Below the pieces are notes generated by a model. It worked only from the letters and a program-made list of their open reading frames with translations. It was not told where the DNA came from and did no database searches. The position numbers were made by a program, and so were the translations under genes. A DNA stretch of 53,148 nt from a virus. Lineage: Duplodnaviria; Caudoviricetes. The stretch spans positions 1 through 53,148 of IMG/VR virus record IMGVR_UViG_3300037755_000177. One strand, 5' to 3'. This document shows, piece after piece, positions 1 through 9,396 of the stretch (positions are counted from its first letter, which is position 1; every line of letters begins with the position of its first letter).

Positions 1-144
1 TGGGTCGCGCCCCGCGCCACCCGGCTGCGTACAAGACATGGCTTGCAGCAATGGCGCAGGGCGGCGGTGCCGGTATCTATGGAGACTTCCTGTTCGGTGA
101 GGTTCGCAACAGATTTGGTGGGGGGCTCCTATCAACCCTTGCCG
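1..144. repeat. Terminal overlap, copy 1 (matches 53005-53148); indicates a circular/complete assembly
   Basis: 19-144 is identical to 53023-53148; 3 mismatches at positions 1, 11 and 18. Confidence 0.95.
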
Positions 145-410
145 GTCCCACGCTCGGAACAATCGAGGATTTGGCAGACTTGTGGGGACGCTTGCGCAAC
201 GGCGACGATACAGCGGCGGCATCGTTTCGGCTTGCTCTATCGAATACGCCGTTTCTGAATCTGTTCTACACGCGCATTGCTCTTGATTATCTAGTCCTGT
301 GGCAATTGCAGGAATGGCTCAATCCAGGAGCTATGCGACGGATGGAGCAGCGCATCGAGAAAGAAAACGCACAGACGTTTCTAATCAGGCCGTCGCAGGC
401 GGTTCGCTAA
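3..410 (+). CDS. C-terminal end of the large internal virion (ejection) protein that starts at 50922 and wraps across the join
   Basis: In frame with the 50922 ORF through the terminal overlap; ends ...NTPFLNLFYTRIALDYLVLWQLQEWLNPG..., typical of epsilon15/BPP-1-like internal proteins. Confidence 0.85.
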   Translation, partial: GRAPRHPAAYKTWLAAMAQGGGAGIYGDFLFGEVRNRFGGGLLSTLAGPTLGTIEDLADLWGRLRNGDDTAAASFRLALSNTPFLNLFYTRIALDYLVLWQLQEWLNPGAMRRMEQRIEKENAQTFLIRPSQAVR

Positions 411-582
411 TAAGCCAATAAAGCCCAATGCCAACCGCTGCGCCGAAGGCGGCCCACAATGCCCCGCCATGACGGAGCGGATTTTCTAGCCAGTATCCAA
501 ACGACACGCCCGTTGTTGAAACGGCGTATCCGGCAACGGTAGCGAGTGCCGCGCCGATAAGAGCGGCGACTAGATAGCGCAT
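385..582 (-). CDS. Small two-TM membrane protein, antisense to the late operon (moron-like)
   Basis: Two hydrophobic segments; GAGGA RBS upstream; convergent with the previous gene. Confidence 0.55.
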   Translation of the reverse strand: MRYLVAALIGAALATVAGYAVSTTGVSFGYWLENPLRHGGALWAAFGAAVGIGLYWLISEPPATA

Positions 583-621
583 TATAAAATCCTCCCCGCT
601 CGGGAGAGTGCCACGAAATTC

Positions 622-645
622 AGGCCCGCGAAAGCGGGCCTATTT
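622..645 (+). terminator. GC-rich hairpin, probable terminator
   Basis: AGGCCCGC-GAAA-GCGGGCCT followed by ATTTC. Confidence 0.6.
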
Positions 646-665
646 CATTGGAAAGAACAAGAAAA

Positions 666-1028
666 ATGGCCGCAACGTTATCCCTAGATTTTCACCTCGA
701 CGAGACCCTCGTCATAAACGCCGAGCTGACCGGCGCTGATGGCGAAGTCGCGAGCCTGTCCGGTCTTTCCAGCGCAAACATCCGGTGGGGAATTTCTGCC
801 GAGCGCGGCTCAACCTACATCGCCAGCGCGATCATCGGGGACGGGATTACGGTCACTGGCTCAACCTCGGGCGAGTGCCGGGTGAGTTTTCATTCCACGC
901 TTCAGGCCGATCTTTATCCGGGCCGGTTCTGGCATGAACTGCGTCTCGACCATTCGGATGGTGTTTCCATCCAGTTTGAAGGCCCCGTGCGTATTCGGGA
1001 ATCTATGTACGCATCCACGGCATCCTAA
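666..1028 (+). CDS. Tail/baseplate adaptor-like protein (BppU N-terminal-like)
   Basis: Beta-rich 120 aa with 'T..L.PG.F.HELRL' pattern; heads the tail-fibre cluster. Confidence 0.5.
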   Translation: MAATLSLDFHLDETLVINAELTGADGEVASLSGLSSANIRWGISAERGSTYIASAIIGDGITVTGSTSGECRVSFHSTLQADLYPGRFWHELRLDHSDGVSIQFEGPVRIRESMYASTAS

Positions 1029-1045
1029 CAACAAGGAAAAACAAA

Positions 1046-1405
1046 ATGCCATTCTTCGCTGAAGGAAAGAACCTGATGCTGAATTTTCAGGCTTCTGCCG
1101 CCGACTTCATGGCGCTGTTCTCGACCACGCCGACAACCGTTGCCGGTAACGAAATCTCGGGCGGCTCCTATGCCCGCGTGGCAATTACGTGGGGCGCGGC
1201 TGCATCTGGTCAAGCGTTCCTGTCGTCCAACGTGACATTCAACGTGCCGGGCGGCTCGACCGTTTCGCATGTGGGAATTCTCGCCTCGTCCACGGGCACG
1301 ACGATCTATGGCTACATGGACGTGACGGACGAAACGTTCGGTGGCGACGGAACCTACACCATCAATTCGACCGGGACGTATTTGCAGATCAGCGATACCG
1401 CCTGA
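1046..1405 (+). CDS. Small virion/tail-fibre-associated protein
   Basis: 'EISGGSYARVAITW...VTFNVP...TVSHVGI' is a common phage structural family; AAGGA RBS. Confidence 0.6.
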   Translation: MPFFAEGKNLMLNFQASAADFMALFSTTPTTVAGNEISGGSYARVAITWGAAASGQAFLSSNVTFNVPGGSTVSHVGILASSTGTTIYGYMDVTDETFGGDGTYTINSTGTYLQISDTA

Positions 1406-1419
1406 TTGGCGTCCGATGA

Positions 1420-2886
1420 ATGGCACAGTATTCCGTCTCCGGGCGCGGGGCAGTCCATGACGTTGAGGGCGAGATGGCGGTTCATACCGTCACTGGCTCG
1501 ATGGCGCGCTATGGCGTGGTCGGTTCCTGGACGGCTTACGATGTCGGCCTCGACCTGCTTGAGGCGGAGATACTTAATTTCACGCTTACCGGCATTGGGT
1601 TGTTTTCCGGTAGCGGATTCAAGACTGCAACCGTAACCGGGGATATTTCCGCGACCGCTTCGCTTTCCGGCGTTGGGAATATCGAGGCGATCATTGTCGG
1701 GTCTATTGTTGGCGAAGGTTCGCTTGAGACGGATGCTACAGGCGCACATACGGGCGTGGCGGGACTAGATAGCCTTGGCGATCCTCAATCCGAAGGGACC
1801 AGCACGCGCTCGGGCGAAGTTGATATAACCGGGATTGGTATCTTTACGCCGGATGGATCGAAGGCGTTTACCGACGACGGGCAGATTGAAGGCATTGGAA
1901 TTACCGTCGCGGACGTGTTCAAGACGGGCGTTGCCAATGCGATTATTGTTGGGGAAGGAATTGCACAGGGCGATGGATCAAGCGCCCGAACTGTCAATGC
2001 AGCGCTGGGTAGTGTTGGCGATCCTGCGGCGACGGGCGGGATCAATGCCACAGATGACGGAACGATTGTCGGCGTCGGCGTGCTGGCGAGCAATGTAATC
2101 AAGAACGCACTACAGTCAGGGACTATTGTTGGCGTTGGTTCATTGGCAGGGGACGGCAGTGCGGGCGGGTACACCGCCAACGCGGTCCACTTCGACGGCA
2201 CGAATGATTACCTGACACGCGGGGCGGACCTTACCGGCAATGCAGACGGCAAGGTTGGGCTGCTCTCGGTTTGGGTCAATCTGACGGGCGGCGACGGGGT
2301 TTTTAAAACTGTATGGGCATCGCGAATCGCTGGCGGTGCCGGGCCGCGCGTCACGCTTCAACGAACAGACGGAAACAAGTGGCAGATGCTCGGAGCCAAT
2401 GCGGCGGGCACCGTCATTCTGAACATGACTTCCACAACCAGCTATACGAGCGCGAGCGGCTGGCACAATGTCAGGGCGTCTTGGGATTTGCTTAACGGAG
2501 ACGGCTGGCTTTATGTCGGCGATACCGACGATCTGGCGGCGGGCGCAACGCTAACGAACGATACGCTGGATTACACGATTGCGCAGCATGTGGTCGGAGC
2601 GGTGTATGCGGGCTCGTTCCTTCAATTGCTAGATGGAGATTTGGCAGACCTTTATGTGAACTACGCGGAAGTTCAGGATCAAAGCGTAGAAGCAAACCGC
2701 AGGAAGTTTTTCTCAGCAACCGGCAAGCCAGTCAGTCTGGGCGCGGACGGCAGCACACCGACCGGCACAGCGCCGATTGTGTTCTTGTCGAACGCGACCG
2801 CGACATGGCAGACAAACCTTGGCGGGGGCGGCGGCTTCACCGAAGTTGGCGCGCTGACTGACGCGGCAAGCAGCCCGAGCGACTGA
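1420..2886 (+). CDS. Tail fibre/receptor-binding protein: Gly-rich repeat shaft plus LamG/ConA-like C-terminal domain
   Basis: About 17-aa G-x-G repeats, then 'AVHFDGTNDYL...GWHNV..SWD' lectin-like motif. Confidence 0.7.
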   Translation: MAQYSVSGRGAVHDVEGEMAVHTVTGSMARYGVVGSWTAYDVGLDLLEAEILNFTLTGIGLFSGSGFKTATVTGDISATASLSGVGNIEAIIVGSIVGEGSLETDATGAHTGVAGLDSLGDPQSEGTSTRSGEVDITGIGIFTPDGSKAFTDDGQIEGIGITVADVFKTGVANAIIVGEGIAQGDGSSARTVNAALGSVGDPAATGGINATDDGTIVGVGVLASNVIKNALQSGTIVGVGSLAGDGSAGGYTANAVHFDGTNDYLTRGADLTGNADGKVGLLSVWVNLTGGDGVFKTVWASRIAGGAGPRVTLQRTDGNKWQMLGANAAGTVILNMTSTTSYTSASGWHNVRASWDLLNGDGWLYVGDTDDLAAGATLTNDTLDYTIAQHVVGAVYAGSFLQLLDGDLADLYVNYAEVQDQSVEANRRKFFSATGKPVSLGADGSTPTGTAPIVFLSNATATWQTNLGGGGGFTEVGALTDAASSPSD

Positions 2887-2887
2887 C

Positions 2888-3202
2888 ATGGCAACACGCA
2901 ACGGCCAGCCGATAGATTTAATCTGGGTATTGTTCAATGTAGCCGGGCAGGCCATCGCGAATTTTACCAATGAGGCGAACGAAATAACGCAGGCAGACCC
3001 GAGGACTGAAAACTGTCAAGCCTCGGTCAATGTGAAAAAGCCGAACGGGCCGCAACAGGCGCTTGTGAAAGTAGTCGCTGACTCAGGATGGATTGAGACT
3101 TTGCCGGTCGGGTTGCAAAACCAGATTGATCGCGTCTTTACTGAGGACGATCATGACGAAGCGGTTGCAATTGTTACTTCAGCGGAATGGTTGCCGCTCT
3201 AA
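2888..3202 (+). CDS. Hypothetical protein (possible fibre chaperone)
   Basis: Tightly coupled to the fibre gene. Confidence 0.5.
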   Translation: MATRNGQPIDLIWVLFNVAGQAIANFTNEANEITQADPRTENCQASVNVKKPNGPQQALVKVVADSGWIETLPVGLQNQIDRVFTEDDHDEAVAIVTSAEWLPL

Positions 3203-3474
3203 TCGAAATCAGAAAGTTTTTCATCAAGCGCGCGCTGAATGTCCGGCTCAAGATTATAGCCAGCCAATTCGAGACAGCCTTGTTTCTGCACGCGCTCCAG
3301 GAATATGGAGAATGCCTCGAGCGACCCGCCAGTGCCGCCGTCGCGGCAGGGTTTAGATGGATTTCCGGGGTCAATATTTCGAAGCCCGCAGACCGGACAG
3401 ATTGCATCATTGGGTGATGCCATCACCGTTTCGACGGTCGGGCCAATACCATTGAATTCTCGAAAGGCATCCAT
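3199..3474 (-). CDS. Antisense hypothetical protein with CxxC
   Basis: Fills the gap between the fibre genes; its stop overlaps the stop of the convergent gene (CTAA). Confidence 0.4.
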   Translation of the reverse strand: MDAFREFNGIGPTVETVMASPNDAICPVCGLRNIDPGNPSKPCRDGGTGGSLEAFSIFLERVQKQGCLELAGYNLEPDIQRALDEKLSDFD

Positions 3475-3543
3475 GTTCCGATTCTAACGCCGATTGAGCC
3501 CCGCGCAACTAGAATAAAACCATACCCCGCAGAGGCTTAATGA

Positions 3544-4794
3544 ATGCCCCAAAACCACTATGCCATTGGCGGCACGATGGCGGTTTACAACGTCATTGGC
3601 CGGATGAAGGTCTATGAGGTTACAGGCAAGCCGTTCGGGAACGATTTTGTACCAAGGCACCGGGAGGGCTCGGGAAGCATATCCGGCGTAGGCTCGCTGA
3701 CGGCTGATTATATTTTTGGCGGAGTGGGCGGGATTGTCGGGGAGGGATCGCCCGCCGCATCCGCGATGTCAGTCAGGAGCGGTGATTCATCTGTCGTCGG
3801 AGCTGGGTCGCCGGTTGCCTATGGCGGGAAATCCAATTCGTTTGATGGGACAATTATTGGCGTTGGCGATCCACAAGCAAGCGGAACAGAGGGAGAGGCG
3901 TTCTATAGCGCGGAACTGGATAGCGTTGGTTCGCTTGCCGCGTCAGGAACCACGACAAGAAATTCCGTAGGGGCTACGGCGACAGGAGATGGAAGTCCTG
4001 TTGCTGAAGGGTCCGGCATTCTGAATTTCTACCAGATGATTCAGGCGATAGGCGCGGACGCAAATCTGGACTTTTGTCTCGATGCAGCTTCGATAGATTC
4101 TTATATTGGTTCCGGGCAATCATGGCTTGACCTTAGCGGCAACGGAAATAACTTCTATCGAGGTGCTACCGTTAACGCAGAAGCGAGCGACCCAACATTC
4201 AATGGTATTGCTGGCGATTTAAGTTCTGCCGAATATTTCGGTCTTGATGGTGGCGATCACTTCAATGAAACAGCGGCGCATACATTCGCGGAAACTTGGC
4301 ACAAAAACAATGGCGCGTTTACTATCGCCGGGATAGCACAAAAGCCTACAGGATCAACATTTTCGCCAATCTTTTCCAACAACAACGGATTCAATACAAA
4401 CGGCACCTATACGTCGCTCACTACGTCAGGGAGCAGCAATCTCACCCTGCAACTTTTTATTATATCGGGCGGGTTCAGCGCTTTGAATTTGACTCAATCG
4501 ATGGGCGACTTGGCCGGGTCGGTTGTCTTTTTCGCAATCTCTATTGACGAGTCGGTTGGCGCGAACGGCCTGACATTTCAGGCGAACGCGACACGGTTCA
4601 AGGCAACATCGACTTACGCATCTACTGGCACAAACGCTTCTGCCTACAGTTACAAGGTTGGCGGTACACAAGGCGCTTCCTCTGCTAACGGCACGCGGTT
4701 CTATTGCACGGCTGGCTGGTCGCGGCGTTTGTCCGATACCGAACTGGACGATCTCTACGAGAAACTAAAAGTTCGTTACACGACGCTTCCATAG
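3544..4794 (+). CDS. Second tail fibre/receptor-binding protein with LamG-like domain
   Basis: Gly-rich repeats, then 'LDAASIDSY.GSGQSWLDLSGNGN...WSRRLSDTE' LamG-type signature. Confidence 0.7.
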   Translation: MPQNHYAIGGTMAVYNVIGRMKVYEVTGKPFGNDFVPRHREGSGSISGVGSLTADYIFGGVGGIVGEGSPAASAMSVRSGDSSVVGAGSPVAYGGKSNSFDGTIIGVGDPQASGTEGEAFYSAELDSVGSLAASGTTTRNSVGATATGDGSPVAEGSGILNFYQMIQAIGADANLDFCLDAASIDSYIGSGQSWLDLSGNGNNFYRGATVNAEASDPTFNGIAGDLSSAEYFGLDGGDHFNETAAHTFAETWHKNNGAFTIAGIAQKPTGSTFSPIFSNNNGFNTNGTYTSLTTSGSSNLTLQLFIISGGFSALNLTQSMGDLAGSVVFFAISIDESVGANGLTFQANATRFKATSTYASTGTNASAYSYKVGGTQGASSANGTRFYCTAGWSRRLSDTELDDLYEKLKVRYTTLP

Positions 4795-4823
4795 AAATTC
4801 CCTAAACAGCAGGAGCTTCAACG

Positions 4824-5402
4824 ATGCGATTTATCCTCGCACCGCTCGCGACCCTATGTTTGCTATTCTCAACTCCCGTATTGGCCCAAGGCTCGGCTGA
4901 TTCAATCTATGTCCCCGGCAAGGGCTATGTAGAGCCCTATCAACTGACGGGCCATAAACAGGCCCGGCATTTCGGGGGCTATACCAAAAAGTACGTTGCA
5001 AAGAAGGCGAAGGCCTCCCGTGTAGCCAAAACCCGCACGGTGAAACATGCGGACCGGACGGTTTTCACCTATGCCCTGAATAAGCAGGGCGACGTGACGG
5101 GGTTTAATTCGGCTTCGGCTTCATGCCTTCCGCAATCGGTTAAGGCAAAACTGAGCGAGATCGAAAGACGTTTCGGCAAGGTCAAGATCATATCCGCGTT
5201 TCGCAAGGGCGCACGTATCGCGGGATCGGGCCACCCGTCTCATCACGCGGCCTGCCGGGCTGTGGATTTCAATGTCGCCCGCAATCAACCGGCGGCTGCC
5301 AGATGGCTCAAACAGACTCACAATGGCGGCGTCGGCACCTATAGCGGTAGATTCAATCATATCCATATCGATAATGGCCGTCGCGCCAGATGGCATAACT
5401 AA
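4824..5402 (+). CDS. Secreted peptidase M15-family (D-Ala-D-Ala metallopeptidase-like)
   Basis: Signal peptide; S-x-H..x-A-x-D ('SHHAACRAVDF') and 'HIHID' Zn motifs. Confidence 0.75.
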   Translation: MRFILAPLATLCLLFSTPVLAQGSADSIYVPGKGYVEPYQLTGHKQARHFGGYTKKYVAKKAKASRVAKTRTVKHADRTVFTYALNKQGDVTGFNSASASCLPQSVKAKLSEIERRFGKVKIISAFRKGARIAGSGHPSHHAACRAVDFNVARNQPAAARWLKQTHNGGVGTYSGRFNHIHIDNGRRARWHN

Positions 5403-5530
5403 TGCGCGGCGCACTCGCAATTTTCATCACGTTGTTTGTCATAGCGGCCCTAGGCGGCTGGCATACGGCGGCAAGATATTCGGTTGGTCCTCCGCCGGTC
5501 GAGATCGTCAAGGTTCGTGTCGTTCGATGA
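5402..5530 (+). CDS. 42-aa single-TM protein
   Basis: MRGALAIFITLFVIAALGG...; coupled by TAATG and ATGA overlaps (read manually). Confidence 0.5.
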   Translation: MRGALAIFITLFVIAALGGWHTAARYSVGPPPVEIVKVRVVR

Positions 5531-5952
5531 TCAACAACCCCGAACATCGCGACCGCAACTACGGATCGCGTATTGCCAAAGAACTGAAAACGCCACGCCG
5601 TTCGTTCGCCTCGTTCGCCTCGCTCGTCGGCAAGGCGTGCCTGATCTTGCTCGCCGTTTTATCCTTCGCGCTGATCGCGTTCATACTGGCCGCATTCATG
5701 GTGCCGAAGTCGGGGAGGGCACATGAGGCAATGTCTGGATGGGCCTACGATGCGAGTTGCTGCGGCGGACAAGACTGCTGGCAATTGCCAGAGGGTGCCG
5801 TGAGCGAAACGCTTGCGGGGTTCACGATCAAGGCTTCCGGCGAATTTGTTACCCGCGCCAAGGCAAAGCCGAGCGGCGATGAGTTCTTCCACCTGTGCCG
5901 TTTTCCGGGACCGGCTATCCGCTGTTTGTATTTTCCCAATCGCGGTTTCTGA
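5527..5952 (+). CDS. Membrane-anchored Cys-rich protein
   Basis: TM segment then 'AHE..SGW.Y...CC...DC...C....CLYFP'; ATG at 5527 preferred over the upstream track start. Confidence 0.6.
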   Translation: MINNPEHRDRNYGSRIAKELKTPRRSFASFASLVGKACLILLAVLSFALIAFILAAFMVPKSGRAHEAMSGWAYDASCCGGQDCWQLPEGAVSETLAGFTIKASGEFVTRAKAKPSGDEFFHLCRFPGPAIRCLYFPNRGF

Positions 5953-5975
5953 CTCACTAGACATCGGAGAGAGAT

Positions 5976-6761
5976 ATGGCTTGGCGAGGGGTAGTCGGGC
6001 GAGGATTCACTGTGCCACAGTTCGGGGAATATGTCGCTTCCCTGAAGTTCGGCGCGTGGCGTCCGTCGTTCGTGACGGTGCATAACACGGCAGCGCCAAC
6101 TATCGCCCAATGGCATTCGCATCCCGGCGCAGTCCGAATGCGCAATCTCGAACACTACTACAAGGTGACGCAGAAATGGTCTGCCGGTCCGCACCTGTTC
6201 ATTGCGGACGATCTGATCTGGGTATTCACGCCGCTCAATGCCCCTGGCGTTCATTCGCCGTCATGGAACGGAATGGCGCTCGGCTTTGAAATGGTCGGGG
6301 ACTATTCGCGTGAGAGCTTCACCGAAGGTAAGGGCAAGGACGTTCGCGACAATACGATTGCGGCGCTTGCCATCACTCACGCCAAGCTAGGCATTAGCCC
6401 CGACACGATCAAGCTGCACAAGGAAGACCCGAGAACCACGCACAACTGCCCCGGCAAGAACGTGGACAAGGTGCTGCTTATTCGTGGGGTGAAAGAATAC
6501 ATGGGCGAGGCGGGCGACCACGAAGCAGACGACACGTCGGAAGCCCCTAAGCCGGACGGAAAGCGGGTTGGCGTAGTCAATACAGACGGCCTGAACATGC
6601 GCGAGTTCGCAAGCGCTTCAAGCCGCGTGCTTGGAAAGCTGGCGGCTGGCGAGCGCGTCATCATTAATCGTGAAGCCCAGAACGGCTCAACGAAATGGCT
6701 TTCGATTATCGCGAACGGCCAATGGGCATGGGTGTCTGCCCGCTACATCGACACGGCCTGA
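5976..6761 (+). CDS. Endolysin: N-acetylmuramoyl-L-alanine amidase (Amidase_2) plus SH3b domain
   Basis: 'VHNTA', 'GPHLF', 'GFEMVG', 'HKE...CPG'; C-terminal 'LNMR...GWVSARY'-like SH3. Confidence 0.85.
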   Translation: MAWRGVVGRGFTVPQFGEYVASLKFGAWRPSFVTVHNTAAPTIAQWHSHPGAVRMRNLEHYYKVTQKWSAGPHLFIADDLIWVFTPLNAPGVHSPSWNGMALGFEMVGDYSRESFTEGKGKDVRDNTIAALAITHAKLGISPDTIKLHKEDPRTTHNCPGKNVDKVLLIRGVKEYMGEAGDHEADDTSEAPKPDGKRVGVVNTDGLNMREFASASSRVLGKLAAGERVIINREAQNGSTKWLSIIANGQWAWVSARYIDTA

Positions 6762-6785
6762 TTTAACAACCAACGGAGAACTACC

Positions 6786-7055
6786 ATGAACAAACTCGCA
6801 CTTGCGGGCGTGCTTGCGTTTGTACTCGGTGGCTGCGCCATCACCGATAAATTATTTTCAAGCGCCGAACAACTTTGCCGCTCGGAAGACAGATTGCACG
6901 CGGGCTACATGCTTCTTGTCGCCCCACGCCGTACGGAAGCACAGGTAGCCAAGGCCGTTTCGTTCCACGGCAAGGTGCAGAAGGTTTGCGCCGAAGGCGG
7001 AACGCTCGACCAGATCAAGGCTGCAATCGAAGCAGCAAGGGTTGCACGCGATTAA
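6786..7055 (+). CDS. Lipoprotein (spanin-like)
   Basis: Lipobox LGGC after a hydrophobic signal; follows the endolysin. Confidence 0.55.
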   Translation: MNKLALAGVLAFVLGGCAITDKLFSSAEQLCRSEDRLHAGYMLLVAPRRTEAQVAKAVSFHGKVQKVCAEGGTLDQIKAAIEAARVARD

Positions 7056-7096
7056 ACCGCGCTCGCCGGTCTGCGAGCATTCAAAGGAGAATTGAA

Positions 7097-7264
7097 ATGT
7101 TCACTGCAATCGACAAAGCTCTGGTCGCCGTCATCATGGGCGCGATCTATCTCGCCAATGAATTTCTCGGCATCAGCTTCGGACTTACCGAAGGTCAGGT
7201 GCAGACCGCCGTTGCGCTTATCACGCCGGTATTGGTCTGGATCATTCCGAACAAAACCGCATGA
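7097..7264 (+). CDS. Holin-like two-TM protein
   Basis: MFTAIDKALVAVIMG...LVWIIPNK; AAGGAG RBS. Confidence 0.6.
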   Translation: MFTAIDKALVAVIMGAIYLANEFLGISFGLTEGQVQTAVALITPVLVWIIPNKTA

Positions 7265-7455
7265 CCATCCTCGAAGCCCTCGCGCTCTACAAGAAGATAA
7301 AACCTTGGCTGGCGAAGCCGTGGGTCAAGTCGATCCTCGGCTTCCTCGCCAAGTTTTTCACTACGCCCCGTCCTGAGGAAAAGAAAGACGCCAAGGGCTG
7401 GACTGAAACCGGGCGCAAGACATTCGACAATCGCCTCGATCCAAAGGATCACTGA
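7261..7455 (+). CDS. Hypothetical lysis-region protein
   Basis: ATGA coupling; amphipathic N-terminus. Confidence 0.5.
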   Translation: MTILEALALYKKIKPWLAKPWVKSILGFLAKFFTTPRPEEKKDAKGWTETGRKTFDNRLDPKDH

Positions 7456-7456
7456 T

Positions 7457-7753
7457 ATGAAACGTGCGCTGATTATTCTGGCGTTTGCGATTGTCGTCGC
7501 GTCCTGCGCGGGCGGGCAAGCGCCGGTTACGAATATCGGTAACGACCTAGCTGGCGCGTGCATCGTGGACAAGGCTGAGTATGACGGCTATCGAGACTGT
7601 TGCGATATCCGCCGCACTTGTACGCAGCGGAAACAGGCGGACGATATTCGTGCGGTCACTCGGTCCGTCTGTGCGAGGGCTGACACTTCCGAAAATATCT
7701 CATTGGTCCGCGCCAACACAACAAAGATTGCAGCCTTGGAGTGCCGCAGATGA
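7457..7753 (+). CDS. Cys-rich lipoprotein
   Basis: Lipobox VASC; multiple Cys. Confidence 0.55.
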   Translation: MKRALIILAFAIVVASCAGGQAPVTNIGNDLAGACIVDKAEYDGYRDCCDIRRTCTQRKQADDIRAVTRSVCARADTSENISLVRANTTKIAALECRR

Positions 7754-8265
7754 GCTGTCACGTCTTCATTATGTCCGGTCTTGGCCATGAATTTTCGGAC
7801 GGAATTATCTATGGCCTTGCGAACCGGCTTATGCGGATGGAAGGCGTTTCCGTCCGCACTGGATCGTTCAGCGAATACGACCTCATGGCTGCTGAAGCCC
7901 GCGCGCTGCCGGAGCATGTCGATATTCTTCAGGTTGGACATTCTCTTGGGGCGTCCGTTGCCGCAGAGTGGGCGCGGCGTGTCAAGCGGATCATCGCCTG
8001 CATCTATGGCTTCGATCCGGCGAACAATCTTGCGGCTAACGCAGGACAATACAAACTAACTAAGGTGCCCGCGAACGTGCGTAAGGCCGTGGACTGGACA
8101 ATTCCCGGCTTCGGCTTGGGCGGCGGCGTTTATGAGGCAGAGAACACGAGCGCCACTGTCACCGAAAGCATCATCGTTCCCTACAGCCACACAAATCTCG
8201 AAGAATCCATCGAGGAACATCTTCGCATTGCCGCGCTGGCAAGACGGCTTGTAGCAGGTGCGTAG
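7750..8265 (+). CDS. Alpha/beta hydrolase (lipase/cutinase-like)
   Basis: GHSLG nucleophile elbow, DP acid motif, late His. Confidence 0.7.
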   Translation: MSCHVFIMSGLGHEFSDGIIYGLANRLMRMEGVSVRTGSFSEYDLMAAEARALPEHVDILQVGHSLGASVAAEWARRVKRIIACIYGFDPANNLAANAGQYKLTKVPANVRKAVDWTIPGFGLGGGVYEAENTSATVTESIIVPYSHTNLEESIEEHLRIAALARRLVAGA

Positions 8266-8346
8266 GAGCAGGGCAGACGATGCTTACGACATCGCCCGCC
8301 CCCGGACGGTATTAGCCGCCCGGCCAACACGAGGGATTAGCTCGCG

Positions 8347-8625
8347 ATGACGGACAATAATGGACACGAGGCGGATGCCCTGCCAACCGGGGAATTTCAG
8401 CCCCATGAAGTGCAGCTTTTACGCCGTATTATGCACGAATACAAAGTGAGCAGAAAGGAACTGCACGCCGTTATCGAGTTTGTTAAGGGCAAGGAACAAT
8501 GGGGCCGAGCCAGAAGAATGGTCTGGAAAGTGTTTGCCGGAGCTGCCGGAACGATTGGTATATTGGCAGCGTTGAGGAACGACCTCGTGGGGCTGATCGG
8601 CTGGATATTCCATAGAGGGCCATAG
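8347..8625 (+). CDS. Single-TM protein (holin/antiholin-like)
   Basis: Helical N-terminus and C-terminal TM segment. Confidence 0.5.
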   Translation: MTDNNGHEADALPTGEFQPHEVQLLRRIMHEYKVSRKELHAVIEFVKGKEQWGRARRMVWKVFAGAAGTIGILAALRNDLVGLIGWIFHRGP

Positions 8626-8627
8626 TT

Positions 8628-9128
8628 ATGCAACCGCTTGCAAGTTCCGCCGTTCGCCGTATCGCCATCGAACATGTGCTGCCGTGGGTGCTCGTTCCGC
8701 TGGCCGTGCTGTCGATCTATACGCTGATTACCGTTGATCGCGTTCCGGCAATCGATGTGGAAACTTTGAAGGGCCGCGCCGATCCGCACCGCGTCATGGA
8801 GGCTGGCGCGTTGACAATCCGCTGGTCCGCCGAGCGCCGTCATGTTTGCCCGGCGACGATCTCAAGAGAGATTGTGGATTCTGCCAATACGGTGTTTCGC
8901 CTTGATCGTGTGTCAGGCCCTACGAGCTTCACAACAGGTCGGGACGAATGGCGTTCGACGATAACCATTCCGCCCGCTGCGGCTTGGGGGCGGGCGATCT
9001 ATCGTTCGTCGATTCAGTACAGTTGCGGGTGGTCGCATTCCATGTTCCCGCTGATTATCCAAAGCCCGGAAGTCCCGTTCGAGATCGTGCCCCTGACGCA
9101 GAAGAAGATTGAGGAATTGAGGGGTTAG
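8628..9128 (+). CDS. Membrane-anchored periplasmic protein, last gene of the late operon
   Basis: N-terminal TM, Cys pair; convergent with the early arm. Confidence 0.55.
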   Translation: MQPLASSAVRRIAIEHVLPWVLVPLAVLSIYTLITVDRVPAIDVETLKGRADPHRVMEAGALTIRWSAERRHVCPATISREIVDSANTVFRLDRVSGPTSFTTGRDEWRSTITIPPAAAWGRAIYRSSIQYSCGWSHSMFPLIIQSPEVPFEIVPLTQKKIEELRG

Positions 9129-9341
9129 CTATTTTGCCTTTTTGCGTTTGCGCCTTTTGTGGCTGTAGTCAGGCAGGGTAACGCGAACGCGCAAATTGTC
9201 GGCGTCCCTGTATGAAAGATCAGTGTCTGCTAGGATGCAGGCGCGGGACAATGCCCTCGCGTGCCTCATAATGTCGTGGCGAAGCCCTGCCGGTATCTTA
9301 CAGTTCTTCGGCCACTCACCTTCGGGTGCAATACGCGGCAT
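9129..9341 (-). CDS. Basic hypothetical protein
   Basis: Strong GGAGAAGGA RBS before ATG 9341. Confidence 0.5.
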   Translation of the reverse strand: MPRIAPEGEWPKNCKIPAGLRHDIMRHARALSRACILADTDLSYRDADNLRVRVTLPDYSHKRRKRKKAK

Positions 9342-9396
9342 CTTTCCTTCTCCTTCTCTCCTAGCGCAAAGCCTTATGGGGTAAGGCGTTGGGGCC

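Noticed and set aside
1-144. Biological direct terminal repeat
   Set aside because: It falls mid-gene and has ragged mismatches at the contig edge; with a P22-like terS this is better explained as assembly overlap of a circularly permuted genome
1420-4794. Diversity-generating retroelement as in BPP-1
   Set aside because: No reverse transcriptase ORF and no TR/VR pair seen
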